DNA of 35,332 nt from a virus (taxonomy: Duplodnaviria > Caudoviricetes): IMG/VR virus record IMGVR_UViG_3300036982_000137, positions 1-35,332 of that record. One strand, 5' to 3'. Made by a program: the position numbers and the translations under genes. Positions 10,032 through 18,524 of the stretch are shown one piece after another; position 1 is the first letter of the stretch; every line of letters begins with the position of its first letter. The notes beneath the pieces were generated by a model. The model saw only the letters and a program-made list of their open reading frames with translations. It ran no database searches and had not been told where the DNA came from.

Positions 10032-10135
10032 TTCATCTTCTTAGCGCATTTCCCCATTGCCTTGCACTTGCTTGGGGTTGGGCATCCAGCACAAGGCTTG
10101 AATGATTTAGCTGATTTAATTTCAATAATACGCAT
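10028..10135 (-). CDS. 35-aa basic Cys4 microprotein
   Basis: MRIIEIKSAKSFKPCAGCPTPSKCKAMGKCAKKMK. AAGGAG RBS, stop overlaps next start (ATGA). Below the ORF-track cutoff. Confidence 0.65.
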   Translation of the reverse strand: MRIIEIKSAKSFKPCAGCPTPSKCKAMGKCAKKMK

Positions 10136-10148
10136 GAGTTGCTCCTTG

Positions 10149-10328
10149 TTAAGTTTTGTACCCACCACCTTTAGCCTTGTATTCCTTGGCTAAAAGTTGT
10201 GCTTTTCTTGCTGACCACTCACCAGAGTCTCCACCTGATGACCCTGCCTTAATCTTCTCAAACAATGCTTTTCGCATGGTGGGTTTGGTGTAAACCCCTG
10301 CTTGATTGACCTTAGATTTGGTCTTCAT
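10149..10328 (-). CDS. 59-aa basic protein (DUF5872-like, N-terminal half)
   Basis: YTKPTMRKALFEKIKAGSSGGDSGEWSARKAQLLAKEYKAKGGGY. ATGA-coupled. Not in the ORF track. Confidence 0.7.
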   Translation of the reverse strand: MKTKSKVNQAGVYTKPTMRKALFEKIKAGSSGGDSGEWSARKAQLLAKEYKAKGGGYKT

Positions 10329-10474
10329 TTCTTCTTAGCCTTACCAGCCTCAGATAAGGCAATAGCCATTGCTTGCTTTGGGTCTTTGACAACCTTTTTA
10401 TTGGAAGTCAATTTACCCGCACCAAACTCTTTCATGACCTTGCTGATCTTGGCTTGTGCTTTAGTCTTTTTCAT
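10325..10474 (-). CDS. 49-aa basic protein (DUF6496-like)
   Basis: KISKVMKEFGAGKL...VKDPKQAMAIALSEAGK. Not in the ORF track. Confidence 0.7.
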   Translation of the reverse strand: MKKTKAQAKISKVMKEFGAGKLTSNKKVVKDPKQAMAIALSEAGKAKKK

Positions 10475-10475
10475 G

Positions 10476-10760
10476 TCAATACAACACTTTTGCTGTGATA
10501 GTTCCAGAGGTGTAAGCAGTGCAGTTTGCTCTCAAATAATTGGGAGCATTGGCTATGGTGACAATGCCATCAGCAGTCAAAGCAGTACCAATTGTGGCAA
10601 AGGTTGTTCCATCCAAGCTACCTTGAAATGCAACAGTTGCAGTAGTAATACCACTAACTTGCAAGAATGCGGGTTGACCAGCGTCAGCCTGAACAGCTTT
10701 AGATGCGCCTGTTGCTGTAACAGCACTCAATAGAGTGGCGGGAGTAGTTAAGGATGACAT
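10476..10760 (-). CDS. Small beta-sandwich virion protein (hypothetical)
   Basis: ATVAFQGSLDGTTF...YLRAN motif; T/A-rich; GAGG RBS. Confidence 0.6.
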   Translation of the reverse strand: MSSLTTPATLLSAVTATGASKAVQADAGQPAFLQVSGITTATVAFQGSLDGTTFATIGTALTADGIVTIANAPNYLRANCTAYTSGTITAKVLY

Positions 10761-10927
10761 TATTTACCTCGTGAAGATTTCTTCATCATGTTAGTAGCAG
10801 TTCTGCCACCACGCATAGGCATACCCTTTGGCTTGCCAACTGCAATCATCACAGTTATAGGCACTGCTTTTTTCTTGGCAGCACTCTTAGTTTCTTTGGC
10901 CTTACCGCCCATCATTTTTCCGTACAT
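10760..10927 (-). CDS. Small Lys/Met-rich protein
   Basis: MYGKMMGGKAKETK...; AAGGAG RBS before ATG at 10927. Confidence 0.6.
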   Translation of the reverse strand: MYGKMMGGKAKETKSAAKKKAVPITVMIAVGKPKGMPMRGGRTATNMMKKSSRGK

Positions 10928-10937
10928 AGTGTTCTCC

Positions 10938-11141
10938 TTATTTCCAGACACGATCAGCAATAAAGGTAATCACACCGCCCATGAATGAAGCGATAGTCAT
11001 ACCCACCCAAAAACCACCTTTGCCTTTGTTGGCAAGTTCAAGTAAGGCTTTTACATCGGTACTCAATTGAGTTACCTGACCTTGTAGAGTCTCTACTTGA
11101 GCCTCTAACCGACCAAAATCACGAGCATCTATTTCAGACAT
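10938..11141 (-). CDS. Small coiled-coil protein with C-terminal TM helix
   Basis: FGRLEAQVETLQ coiled coil followed by KGGFWVGMTIASFMGGVITFIA. Confidence 0.65.
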   Translation of the reverse strand: MSEIDARDFGRLEAQVETLQGQVTQLSTDVKALLELANKGKGGFWVGMTIASFMGGVITFIADRVWK

Positions 11142-11352
11142 TTGCTACCTTTCGGGGTCTTCCCATACGCTTAAATGTTGGAATTACAGGCGCAAATGCG
11201 GTATCTGTTCTAGTTTCTGATTCTACAGATTCTGTGGTTACTTCTGCCTCGTCTATCCTCACATATCCTTGATGACCCTTCATTGAGTCAATGTCATGCT
11301 GATATGTAAAAGTTACAGTGTTACCTGATTGAAGACAGCGAAAAGTAGCCAT
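11134..11352 (-). CDS. Hypothetical protein with GRPRK (AT-hook-like) C-terminus
   Basis: Co-oriented in the late operon, KRMGRPRK tail. Confidence 0.6.
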   Translation of the reverse strand: MATFRCLQSGNTVTFTYQHDIDSMKGHQGYVRIDEAEVTTESVESETRTDTAFAPVIPTFKRMGRPRKVANV

Positions 11353-11368
11353 AAAACCCTTTAAATGA

Positions 11369-11390
11369 GAAAGGGGGGACTAGCCCCCCT
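11369..11390 (-). terminator. Probable weak intrinsic terminator or hairpin
   Basis: AGGGGGG-CTAGT-CCCCCCT followed by a short TTCT on the minus strand. Confidence 0.45.
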
Positions 11391-11394
11391 ATCT

Positions 11395-11718
11395 TTACAC
11401 CATACGGACAACAATAATATCCATAGTGGCTGATGCCAAGTCTGCTGTAGAACCTGACTCGTTTTGAATGCGGAACTTGACGGTATTGGCAGCACTGACA
11501 TAGCCAGTAACTGTCAAACCCACCAAATCTACAGCCAAAGATGCACAAAGAACCATGTCACCCAAAGCGACACCAGCTACTGTTACATCATCTGTTTCAC
11601 CAGCACCATCGACTAATGAACCAGCATTTAATGTACAAACAACTGACCAAGTATCGGAAAATAAACCCCGAAAACTGTCATTACCTCTGCGTGTTACAAC
11701 TGCACTTGCTGTTGCCAT
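11395..11718 (-). CDS. Minor capsid / decoration protein
   Basis: Follows the MCP. VTVAGVALGDMV...GYVSAANTVKFRIQN beta-rich pattern. Confidence 0.6.
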   Translation of the reverse strand: MATASAVVTRRGNDSFRGLFSDTWSVVCTLNAGSLVDGAGETDDVTVAGVALGDMVLCASLAVDLVGLTVTGYVSAANTVKFRIQNESGSTADLASATMDIIVVRMV

Positions 11719-11739
11719 TTTGATTTCTCCTAATTAGGT

Positions 11740-11781
11740 TAAAAAAGTCCCCCTACCCCTACTTCTAGAGATAGGAGGGAC
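11740..11781 (-). terminator. Intrinsic terminator after the major capsid gene
   Basis: GTCCCTCCTATCTCTAG-AAG-TAGGGGTAGGGGGAC then a U tract. Confidence 0.75.
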
Positions 11782-11789
11782 AACTGCAA

Positions 11790-12761
11790 TTAGGCTGGAA
11801 CTGCCAAAGCAAAGGCAGATGAGGACAATGCCGCACCAACAGTAGCCGCCGCACGAACTGCCTTCACCCCATACAACGTGTCGGAAGTGAATAGTGTGGC
11901 GAGGTACTCTTGCTTGTACTGGACTTGTGAACGAACAGCAATTTGCTCAACCAGAACCATTGCATCCTTGTGACCCATCAAGCAAATACGGTCTGTGGTG
12001 GAGTTACCAGCCGCAGTGTCAGCATTGCTTGTTGTGAATACAGGAATACCGTAGAGGTTGCCAATTTCACCATTGCGGATTGCGTTTCCATCACCCACAA
12101 ATGCTTGTTCGGTGTAGCGAGCCAAGCCCATCAAAGTGTTGCGACTTGATGGGGGAATGATGAAGAAACGACCGTCCATTGGGGTGTCGTTGTCATCCAA
12201 ACGCTGAATGGTTCTGCGAATGGCGGCATCTGTCAATGCGGCGGCATTGGATGTTGAACTGTTATAGACAGTTGTGCCATCACCACCAACAAAGGCTTTG
12301 GTGGTTGCGGTGGCAGTAGCGTAATCGTTTGTTCCAACGGTAGCACCGTTGAACGCACGACCCAACTGAATCAAGTCAGTATCAACTTGTTTTGCCAAGG
12401 AATAACCAGCGTCTGAGGTGTAGAAGTTACGCAAGCTGTTCAAGGCTTGGGCTTCAACGATGTCCTCAATCAAACGAGAATATTCGTAGTGTTTGTTGAT
12501 TGACACTTGAACTTCTGTCTCTGTAGCAGCAATCAAAGTGACTGCTGTCTCAGCGGCTTTTGCAGAAGCAGAACCACGGGTAGGTGCGGGAATGTGTACG
12601 ACATCGCCCTTCTTTCCCTTGAACGACATTTTCATAACAAGATTCGCAAGAACCAAGTTTTTCTTGTAGGCCGCTACGATTTCATCTGACCAAATTTCTG
12701 GGATGAATTTATCTGCGGTGGTTACCGTAACTGAATTACTGGGGGAAAATGATGTTGCCAT
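11790..12761 (-). CDS. Major capsid protein (HK97 fold)
   Basis: FIPEIWS, KGDVVHIP, AGYSLAKQVD, GRFFIIPP, GEIGNLYGIPV and DTLYGV motifs. Lies after the scaffold. Confidence 0.92.
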   Translation of the reverse strand: MATSFSPSNSVTVTTADKFIPEIWSDEIVAAYKKNLVLANLVMKMSFKGKKGDVVHIPAPTRGSASAKAAETAVTLIAATETEVQVSINKHYEYSRLIEDIVEAQALNSLRNFYTSDAGYSLAKQVDTDLIQLGRAFNGATVGTNDYATATATTKAFVGGDGTTVYNSSTSNAAALTDAAIRRTIQRLDDNDTPMDGRFFIIPPSSRNTLMGLARYTEQAFVGDGNAIRNGEIGNLYGIPVFTTSNADTAAGNSTTDRICLMGHKDAMVLVEQIAVRSQVQYKQEYLATLFTSDTLYGVKAVRAAATVGAALSSSAFALAVPA

Positions 12762-12790
12762 GTTAAATCTCCAAAAAACGATAAGTTAAA

Positions 12791-13546
12791 TTATCTAACC
12801 CGTCCGTCTTGATACGCTTGCATGATTTCTCCGCTTAACGCTTCATAACGGTCTGGGTCAGTCATCTTCAGCCGAATTAGATCAGCCCTTCGATAGACTC
12901 TTTTTCCAGACTCCCCACTTCCACCTACATCAACACCCGCTGCTTTAAGGCTAGACTTGCGCTGAGTTTCCCCTGCTTCATTAGTCTGTCTTGTCTTAAC
13001 GCCACGCAACTGTTTATAGGTACTCAACAATTCGTTTGCACTGTCGTAATCAAACTCACCATCAGCTTTTGCATACAAACCAAGGCGAATAGGTGAAGAT
13101 TTCACCCAATTCACAAAGTCTGCATCTTGAGCAATCTGACCGAAATCAGGATGCTCTTGCGCCAGCTTTTGTTGAATCTGCATCTTTTTGAAGTCTTGAC
13201 CCGCTTGTCTAGCGGCAAGTACATCGGGATGGTTGTCAACAGTCCTGCGAACTGCCTCTTGTGGATTCTCGAAAAAATCTACTTCAGGCTCTTTCTCAAT
13301 AGGTTGCTGTTTAGAGGAGAGGTTTTGCTTTATGAGTTCATCTGCCAGCTTTCGCACTTCCCCAACTTCCTGCGCTTGCTTTCCAATCAGCTTCTCAGCT
13401 TCTTGGTGCATTTTGACCACTTCTTCAAGAGATTTCTGCCTGTATTTTTCAGGCATCTCAGTCAGTGGTGCTACTTCAGGTAGTTGCTTCTTTTGCTCAA
13501 CTGCATCTAACTCACTTAGCGACTCATCTTCATTGTCAATCAACAT
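12791..13546 (-). CDS. Capsid scaffolding protein
   Basis: PEKYRQKSLEEVVKMHQEAEKLIG, DFFENP and C-terminal AYQDGRVR. Immediately before the MCP. Confidence 0.85.
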   Translation of the reverse strand: MLIDNEDESLSELDAVEQKKQLPEVAPLTEMPEKYRQKSLEEVVKMHQEAEKLIGKQAQEVGEVRKLADELIKQNLSSKQQPIEKEPEVDFFENPQEAVRRTVDNHPDVLAARQAGQDFKKMQIQQKLAQEHPDFGQIAQDADFVNWVKSSPIRLGLYAKADGEFDYDSANELLSTYKQLRGVKTRQTNEAGETQRKSSLKAAGVDVGGSGESGKRVYRRADLIRLKMTDPDRYEALSGEIMQAYQDGRVR

Positions 13547-13604
13547 ATTTTTACCTTTTTCCTGCCGTTCATCGGTTCTAGGACATTCAACTCGACATTT
13601 CTGT

Positions 13605-13832
13605 TTATGAGTTGTGCTTTTGCTCCCACTTCAACTGATCTAGGTGTTTTTTCTCGAACTTCCCATGCTCTGACGGGAAAGAACCAGACCACCCTTCTAG
13701 TTTGAAGTGAGGAGCAGATAGAGTACGGTTGGCTGTTTCTCCGCACTCACATCGAAAACTCGTTGTCTCATAATCAACAAGTCTTTCAGTTTTATGCCCG
13801 TTTTCACAGGCAAAATCAAACATTCTTTTCAT
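13605..13832 (-). CDS. FmdB-like zinc-ribbon protein
   Basis: FDFACENGH...CECG...RTLSAP motif. Confidence 0.7.
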   Translation of the reverse strand: MKRMFDFACENGHKTERLVDYETTSFRCECGETANRTLSAPHFKLEGWSGSFPSEHGKFEKKHLDQLKWEQKHNS

Positions 13833-14055
13833 TCAATTCCTCATACGCTTGTTCGCTGACCTCTTTCAAGGTTTTCAGCCAAGTCAAGATGGAAAGTTCA
13901 CCTTTTTTGAACATCAAGGTCTTTTCATCAGGAATAACGCTTATATTATTGAGTGACTCTATCATATTGTCAATATCAATAGTCAATTCTTTCCAGCCGT
14001 CCATAGACATCATGGAAAAACGGTCTTCATAGTACTTTTGTAGTTCTGGACTCAT
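13816..14055 (-). CDS. Conserved small head-module protein
   Basis: MSPELQKYYE...GWKEL...FKKGELSIL; GAGG RBS. This type of gene normally follows the portal gene. Confidence 0.7.
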   Translation of the reverse strand: MSPELQKYYEDRFSMMSMDGWKELTIDIDNMIESLNNISVIPDEKTLMFKKGELSILTWLKTLKEVSEQAYEELNEKNV

Positions 14056-14062
14056 ATATTCC

Positions 14063-16741
14063 TCAAAAGAACACCAAAAAATTGCCTGTTGATGGAGCAA
14101 CAGCACCAAATATCCATCCTGTATTGTTTCCACCATCTACGTTGCCATTGGCTGTAAGTGCTTCCCACGTTGCCCCGCCGGTGGCTGTAGACCTACTGAT
14201 AGACAAATAGCTTGAACTTACAGTACCGCTTGCTTTGGATAGCGTGTGGCTTGCGGCAGTCACCGAGCCAATGGTTATCAAGTTCCCTGCCGTACCTGAC
14301 AAACTGAAATTGCTGAATGTGCTGGTTGTCCCCGCCGTAAACAAGATAGATGCTGGTTGGGTTGTGTTTGTGATGTTGCTAAATGTGTTTGAGCCTGTGA
14401 TGGTCAAAGCACCAGCACCACCTTGATTGAGTGTGCAGTTAAACGTAGAACCAGCGCCAACAAACGTCTTGGCAGTTGCGGCGGTCATGGAGATTGTGCC
14501 AGTGCCTGTACCTGCTGTGGTAGTGAAGTTAATAGGTGCGCCGTTGTTAAATGCACTTACATTGGGGTCAGGACAAACTAATGTGCCACCATTAAAGGTC
14601 AAATTCTTTGTCCCTGTGTTGGTTACAAACCTTGTTCCAACAGTAAATGTTTTCCCAAACAGATCAATAGTGCCGTTTACTAACGTAGCAGTTCTTGTAG
14701 AACCCATTGTTAATGCGTCTTGTAATTGATATGTTCCACCAACTCCATTAAATGTAATTGGAAAATCTATTGTTTTTGCGTTTGTGGTAATCTGTTGAGT
14801 ACCGCTGGTTGCGGCAAACGTCATTGCGTTTGCAGAAGCAGTCAGTGTCATTCCTGTTGAAAGCGTTAGGTTGCCATAAATTACTCCGGTGTTTGTTGCC
14901 ACTAGTGTGCCAGCATAACCAGTGAAATCTACGTTTCTTGCAGAATTACTCGTATTCGCTAAAAAAGTCAGAGCATAAGTTCCACCAGTAAAATTAAAAC
15001 TTATGGAATTTGCTTCTGATAATGAGCCAGGGGTTACATTAATAGCAGTAGAGCCAACACTTGTTACGTTAACTACTTGAGTCCCTGTTGTAGTTAAATT
15101 AGTTGCAGTTACCGTATTCCAAACAACACCTGTACCAGTACAAGATATTTGACCTGTACCAAATGCAATTGTTCTTGTGTTTGTGTTTGAAGCAGTGAAT
15201 AAACCTGTGCTTAGTGTGTATGACTGAAGGTCTAATGTGCCATTGGTTAGTGTTGTTGTTCTTGTTGTCCCTGTTGTAAAAGCATCTTGTAATTGAACAG
15301 TTCCACTTATACTATTAATTGTTATCGGTTGAGTAAATGCTATTGCAGAACTTGTGATTGTTTGTGTAGTGCGTCCTGCAAAAGTAAGCGTGCTTGTTCC
15401 TGATAAAGTTATTCCTGTTCCATTTATCCAGCTACCATATATGAATGGGCTAGTCGTTCCTGTTGCCAACGTCATAGTGTTTGACGTTCTGAGCGACATA
15501 TCTATTGTGCCAATGTTGTAGTTAGCATTTATCGTTGTTGTTGAACCTGATGCGGGATATGTAGCCGCAGGAAATACAGCAGTATCTTGTGCTAATGGAA
15601 ACATGGTATTGTCTGATGCACCACCTGACGTAGCAGACCATGACCCTTGGTTGCCCCAATTGGAAGAACCTGTAAATGCATAAAACACAGTTTTAGCCGC
15701 CGGAAAAGTAATATTGGTATTGCCTTTGCAATCCCCAAGTCTTGTTCCTGACGCAGGGGAAGCCGCCCCTGCAATAGTTATATCTTGAAAATCAACATCA
15801 GTTAAAGATACTGCCGCACAGGTTAATGTACGAGTAGTGTTAAAAGTGTCAGAAGAAATCTGCATTCGGTATGCAGAAGCAGTACCAGCACTAACTGTTA
15901 ATGTTCCGTTGATTGTTTGGCCTGCGCTTAGACTTAATACGCCAATACCAATAGTAGTTCTACCAGTTATAGATAGATTATTAAATGTATTTGCGCCTGT
16001 TATTGATGGGGTTGCAAGAGCCGTAGATGTAAAAGATACGTTGTAATAAGTTAAACCGCCGCTATTAATAGTGGTAGAAGTACTTGAAAAAGATATTGTT
16101 GATGTGCCAGCATTAAATGTAAGCCCCGTTATCGTAGTAAAATTAAAAGCAGGAGAGCCGCCGGATAAAAGAACTGAAGAGGCATTTAAATTTATTGTTC
16201 TTGTATTTGAGTTATTTGAACTAATTCCTCTGGCTGTTAAACTATAATTTCCTGCCGAAGATGTATCAAAAGTTCCATTTGTTATTGTTAAATCAGTAGA
16301 ACTTGCAAGAGTTAAGGCGCTCCCAAGAGTCCAGCCTCCACCAACACCATTACAATTAACACTCCCAGCAAACGCAACGCCATTTGTTGTTATAGTTTTG
16401 CCTGTTGTCGTGGCGTTAAATGAGGTTGTGCCTGTGTAGGTAAGGGTAAAATTTGTGGCCTGAAATGTGAGACTTCCTGATACTGTTAATCCAGCAGAAC
16501 CAGCAAGCGTCATTACTCCATCTAAACCTGACGCTAAAAAGTCATTACAGACCCTTGGCGTATTTGCCATAGTGACTGTAAATGCACCTGTGCCTACGTT
16601 GCTGTTTGCGTCAAAGAATACGTTGTCTGCCGCAGTAGGAACAGTGAAACCACCAGTACCGCCGCTAGTATCTGACCAGTTAGCAGTGTTGGTGCTACTC
16701 CAAGAGCCTGTGCCAAGAATCCAATAGCGATTATTAGCCAT
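14063..16741 (-). CDS. Large T/G/S/N-rich beta-helical virion fibre or spike protein (892 aa)
   Basis: RYW.GTGSW...PTAADNVFFD N-terminus, internal repeats (LQDA.T.G.TRT.TL.NGT.DL), DGGNNTGWIF...GNFLVFF C-terminus. Confidence 0.7.
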   Translation of the reverse strand: MANNRYWILGTGSWSSTNTANWSDTSGGTGGFTVPTAADNVFFDANSNVGTGAFTVTMANTPRVCNDFLASGLDGVMTLAGSAGLTVSGSLTFQATNFTLTYTGTTSFNATTTGKTITTNGVAFAGSVNCNGVGGGWTLGSALTLASSTDLTITNGTFDTSSAGNYSLTARGISSNNSNTRTINLNASSVLLSGGSPAFNFTTITGLTFNAGTSTISFSSTSTTINSGGLTYYNVSFTSTALATPSITGANTFNNLSITGRTTIGIGVLSLSAGQTINGTLTVSAGTASAYRMQISSDTFNTTRTLTCAAVSLTDVDFQDITIAGAASPASGTRLGDCKGNTNITFPAAKTVFYAFTGSSNWGNQGSWSATSGGASDNTMFPLAQDTAVFPAATYPASGSTTTINANYNIGTIDMSLRTSNTMTLATGTTSPFIYGSWINGTGITLSGTSTLTFAGRTTQTITSSAIAFTQPITINSISGTVQLQDAFTTGTTRTTTLTNGTLDLQSYTLSTGLFTASNTNTRTIAFGTGQISCTGTGVVWNTVTATNLTTTGTQVVNVTSVGSTAINVTPGSLSEANSISFNFTGGTYALTFLANTSNSARNVDFTGYAGTLVATNTGVIYGNLTLSTGMTLTASANAMTFAATSGTQQITTNAKTIDFPITFNGVGGTYQLQDALTMGSTRTATLVNGTIDLFGKTFTVGTRFVTNTGTKNLTFNGGTLVCPDPNVSAFNNGAPINFTTTAGTGTGTISMTAATAKTFVGAGSTFNCTLNQGGAGALTITGSNTFSNITNTTQPASILFTAGTTSTFSNFSLSGTAGNLITIGSVTAASHTLSKASGTVSSSYLSISRSTATGGATWEALTANGNVDGGNNTGWIFGAVAPSTGNFLVFF

Positions 16742-16911
16742 TAAACCTCCTCAACAGGAGGCGCAGTAATTACAGCAATCCAGTTATCAAACCTCTGCTG
16801 TTTCATTGCTTCAATCTCAGCATCTGTAAACGCATGGTCATCTTCCAAATGCAAAGCATCTGAAAATGTGCCGTACTGCGATGAAAAAGAAAAGTCAATC
16901 TTCATGTTCAT
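16741..16911 (-). CDS. Small acidic protein, possible fibre chaperone
   Basis: MNMKIDFSFSSQYGTFSDAL...EIEAMKQQRFDNW. ATGA-coupled between two fibre genes. Confidence 0.6.
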   Translation of the reverse strand: MNMKIDFSFSSQYGTFSDALHLEDDHAFTDAEIEAMKQQRFDNWIAVITAPPVEEV

Positions 16912-18524
16912 GCCTGTGTAGTTACTGCGATCACATCCCAACGTGTGTTGTTAGCGTTGTAAATACAACCCACATACGTTGTCTTACTGATAGTCGTTGC
17001 TGTTGGCAGAGTTACGCCAATGACTGTGTAAGTTGCATTCCAAGTCAATGCTCTGCTTGTGCCGTTGTCTAATAATCTAAATATCAACTTGTCTCCATCA
17101 ACAGGTGTTCCAGTTGGTGCGTTAATGGTAAGTCCTGCCGCCAACGCTGTGTATGCGTAAACATCAGCGGTTGCAACGCTTGGCGTTAAAGATGATGCGG
17201 ATGCGGCTGAAGTAACTCTTGGGTCAATCCGCTTGTTTGTTAATGTCTCAGTACCTGTGTAGGTAGCAATAGATGCACCCGCCAACGTAGTAGCACCAGT
17301 ACCGCCATTAGCTATGGGCAAAGCAGTACCTGACAATGTAATTGCCAATGTGCCACTTGTTGTAATTGGTGAACCCGCAACAGACAAGAATGATGGGACT
17401 GTTGCCGCAACACTTGTTACTGTGCCAGTTGCAGAATCATTGGAAGTAATCGTGAAGTTGGGGTATGTTCCAGTAATGCTAGTCGTACCCGCACCCGTCA
17501 ATGCCACTGTCTGATCTGGAGCAGAGTTAGTAACTGTAAAGTTAGGATACGTACCACTTGTGCTAATTCCTGTGCCAGCAGTTAACACTACTGTTTGGTC
17601 AGGTGCGCTATTGGTAATTGTCAGAGTGCCAGAGGTTGTAATTGGGCTACCAGTAACGCTAATGCCAGTTCCAGCGGTAGCCGCAACACTTGTGACTGTG
17701 CCAGCACCGCCACTTGCATTGATTGTTTGATTAGGCCAAGTGCCTGTAATGCTAGTAATGTTTGTGCCAGCTACCAAACTAGGTGTTGCTGTACCCGTTC
17801 CTCCATTAGCAACCGCAAGAGTTCCACCCAAGGTAATTGTGCCAGTTGTAGTGATTGGACTTCCAGTTGTTGTCAGTCCAGTTGTTCCACCTGATACACC
17901 AACACTTGTAACTGTTCCAGTTCCTGCGCTTACGTTGACGGTTACATCATCCCCTGAGTTTGTAGCAGTTACTGTTGCACCAACAAAATTTATTGTTTTT
18001 ACGCCACTTGTGATGCTTGTGCCTTCATCTTTGATGCCAACAGCTCCATTGGTAGACATGGTGCTGATAACTTTTATCTTCTCTGCTAAGTCAGGCGCAA
18101 CCACCTCACCAACATTGATCTCTTGCCCTGTTGACAAAGTAATGACCAAAGAGCCATCAAAGTCAATCTTGGCATCAGTGACAGATACACCATCCTTGCC
18201 ATCAATTCCGTTTTTACCATCCCGACCATCTAACCCATTCTTACCATCTATTCCTTGACGACCATCTAAGCCACGTTCCCCCTTGTCACCCTTATCCCCC
18301 TTTTCAGGGACTATGGATTTGGCAACTTCTAGTTGTGCAGTGACTTTGTTTTCCATCACTTTGATGGCTTCAACAATCAAGTCAACATTGTCTTGAACGG
18401 CTTGTTCTTCTTGCTGGCGCATAGCCACCAAGGTTTCTTCCATCTTATTGATAGCGTCTAACTTCTCATCAAAAGATGAGTCATTCGCCTCAATACTTTG
18501 AATTAGTTCCCTGATGTTAGCCAT
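16908..18524 (-). CDS. Collagen-repeat fibre protein (538 aa)
   Basis: N-terminal coiled coil, Gly-X-Y run (GDKGDKGERGLDG...), GTVTSV x3, ANGGTG x2, SAPDQTV x2. Confidence 0.75.
   Translation of the reverse strand: MANIRELIQSIEANDSSFDEKLDAINKMEETLVAMRQQEEQAVQDNVDLIVEAIKVMENKVTAQLEVAKSIVPEKGDKGDKGERGLDGRQGIDGKNGLDGRDGKNGIDGKDGVSVTDAKIDFDGSLVITLSTGQEINVGEVVAPDLAEKIKVISTMSTNGAVGIKDEGTSITSGVKTINFVGATVTATNSGDDVTVNVSAGTGTVTSVGVSGGTTGLTTTGSPITTTGTITLGGTLAVANGGTGTATPSLVAGTNITSITGTWPNQTINASGGAGTVTSVAATAGTGISVTGSPITTSGTLTITNSAPDQTVVLTAGTGISTSGTYPNFTVTNSAPDQTVALTGAGTTSITGTYPNFTITSNDSATGTVTSVAATVPSFLSVAGSPITTSGTLAITLSGTALPIANGGTGATTLAGASIATYTGTETLTNKRIDPRVTSAASASSLTPSVATADVYAYTALAAGLTINAPTGTPVDGDKLIFRLLDNGTSRALTWNATYTVIGVTLPTATTISKTTYVGCIYNANNTRWDVIAVTTQA

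Noticed and set aside
14063-18524. Diversity-generating retroelement target or template
   Set aside because: There is no reverse transcriptase and no near-identical repeat pair differing at adenines. The repeats are degenerate protein repeats.
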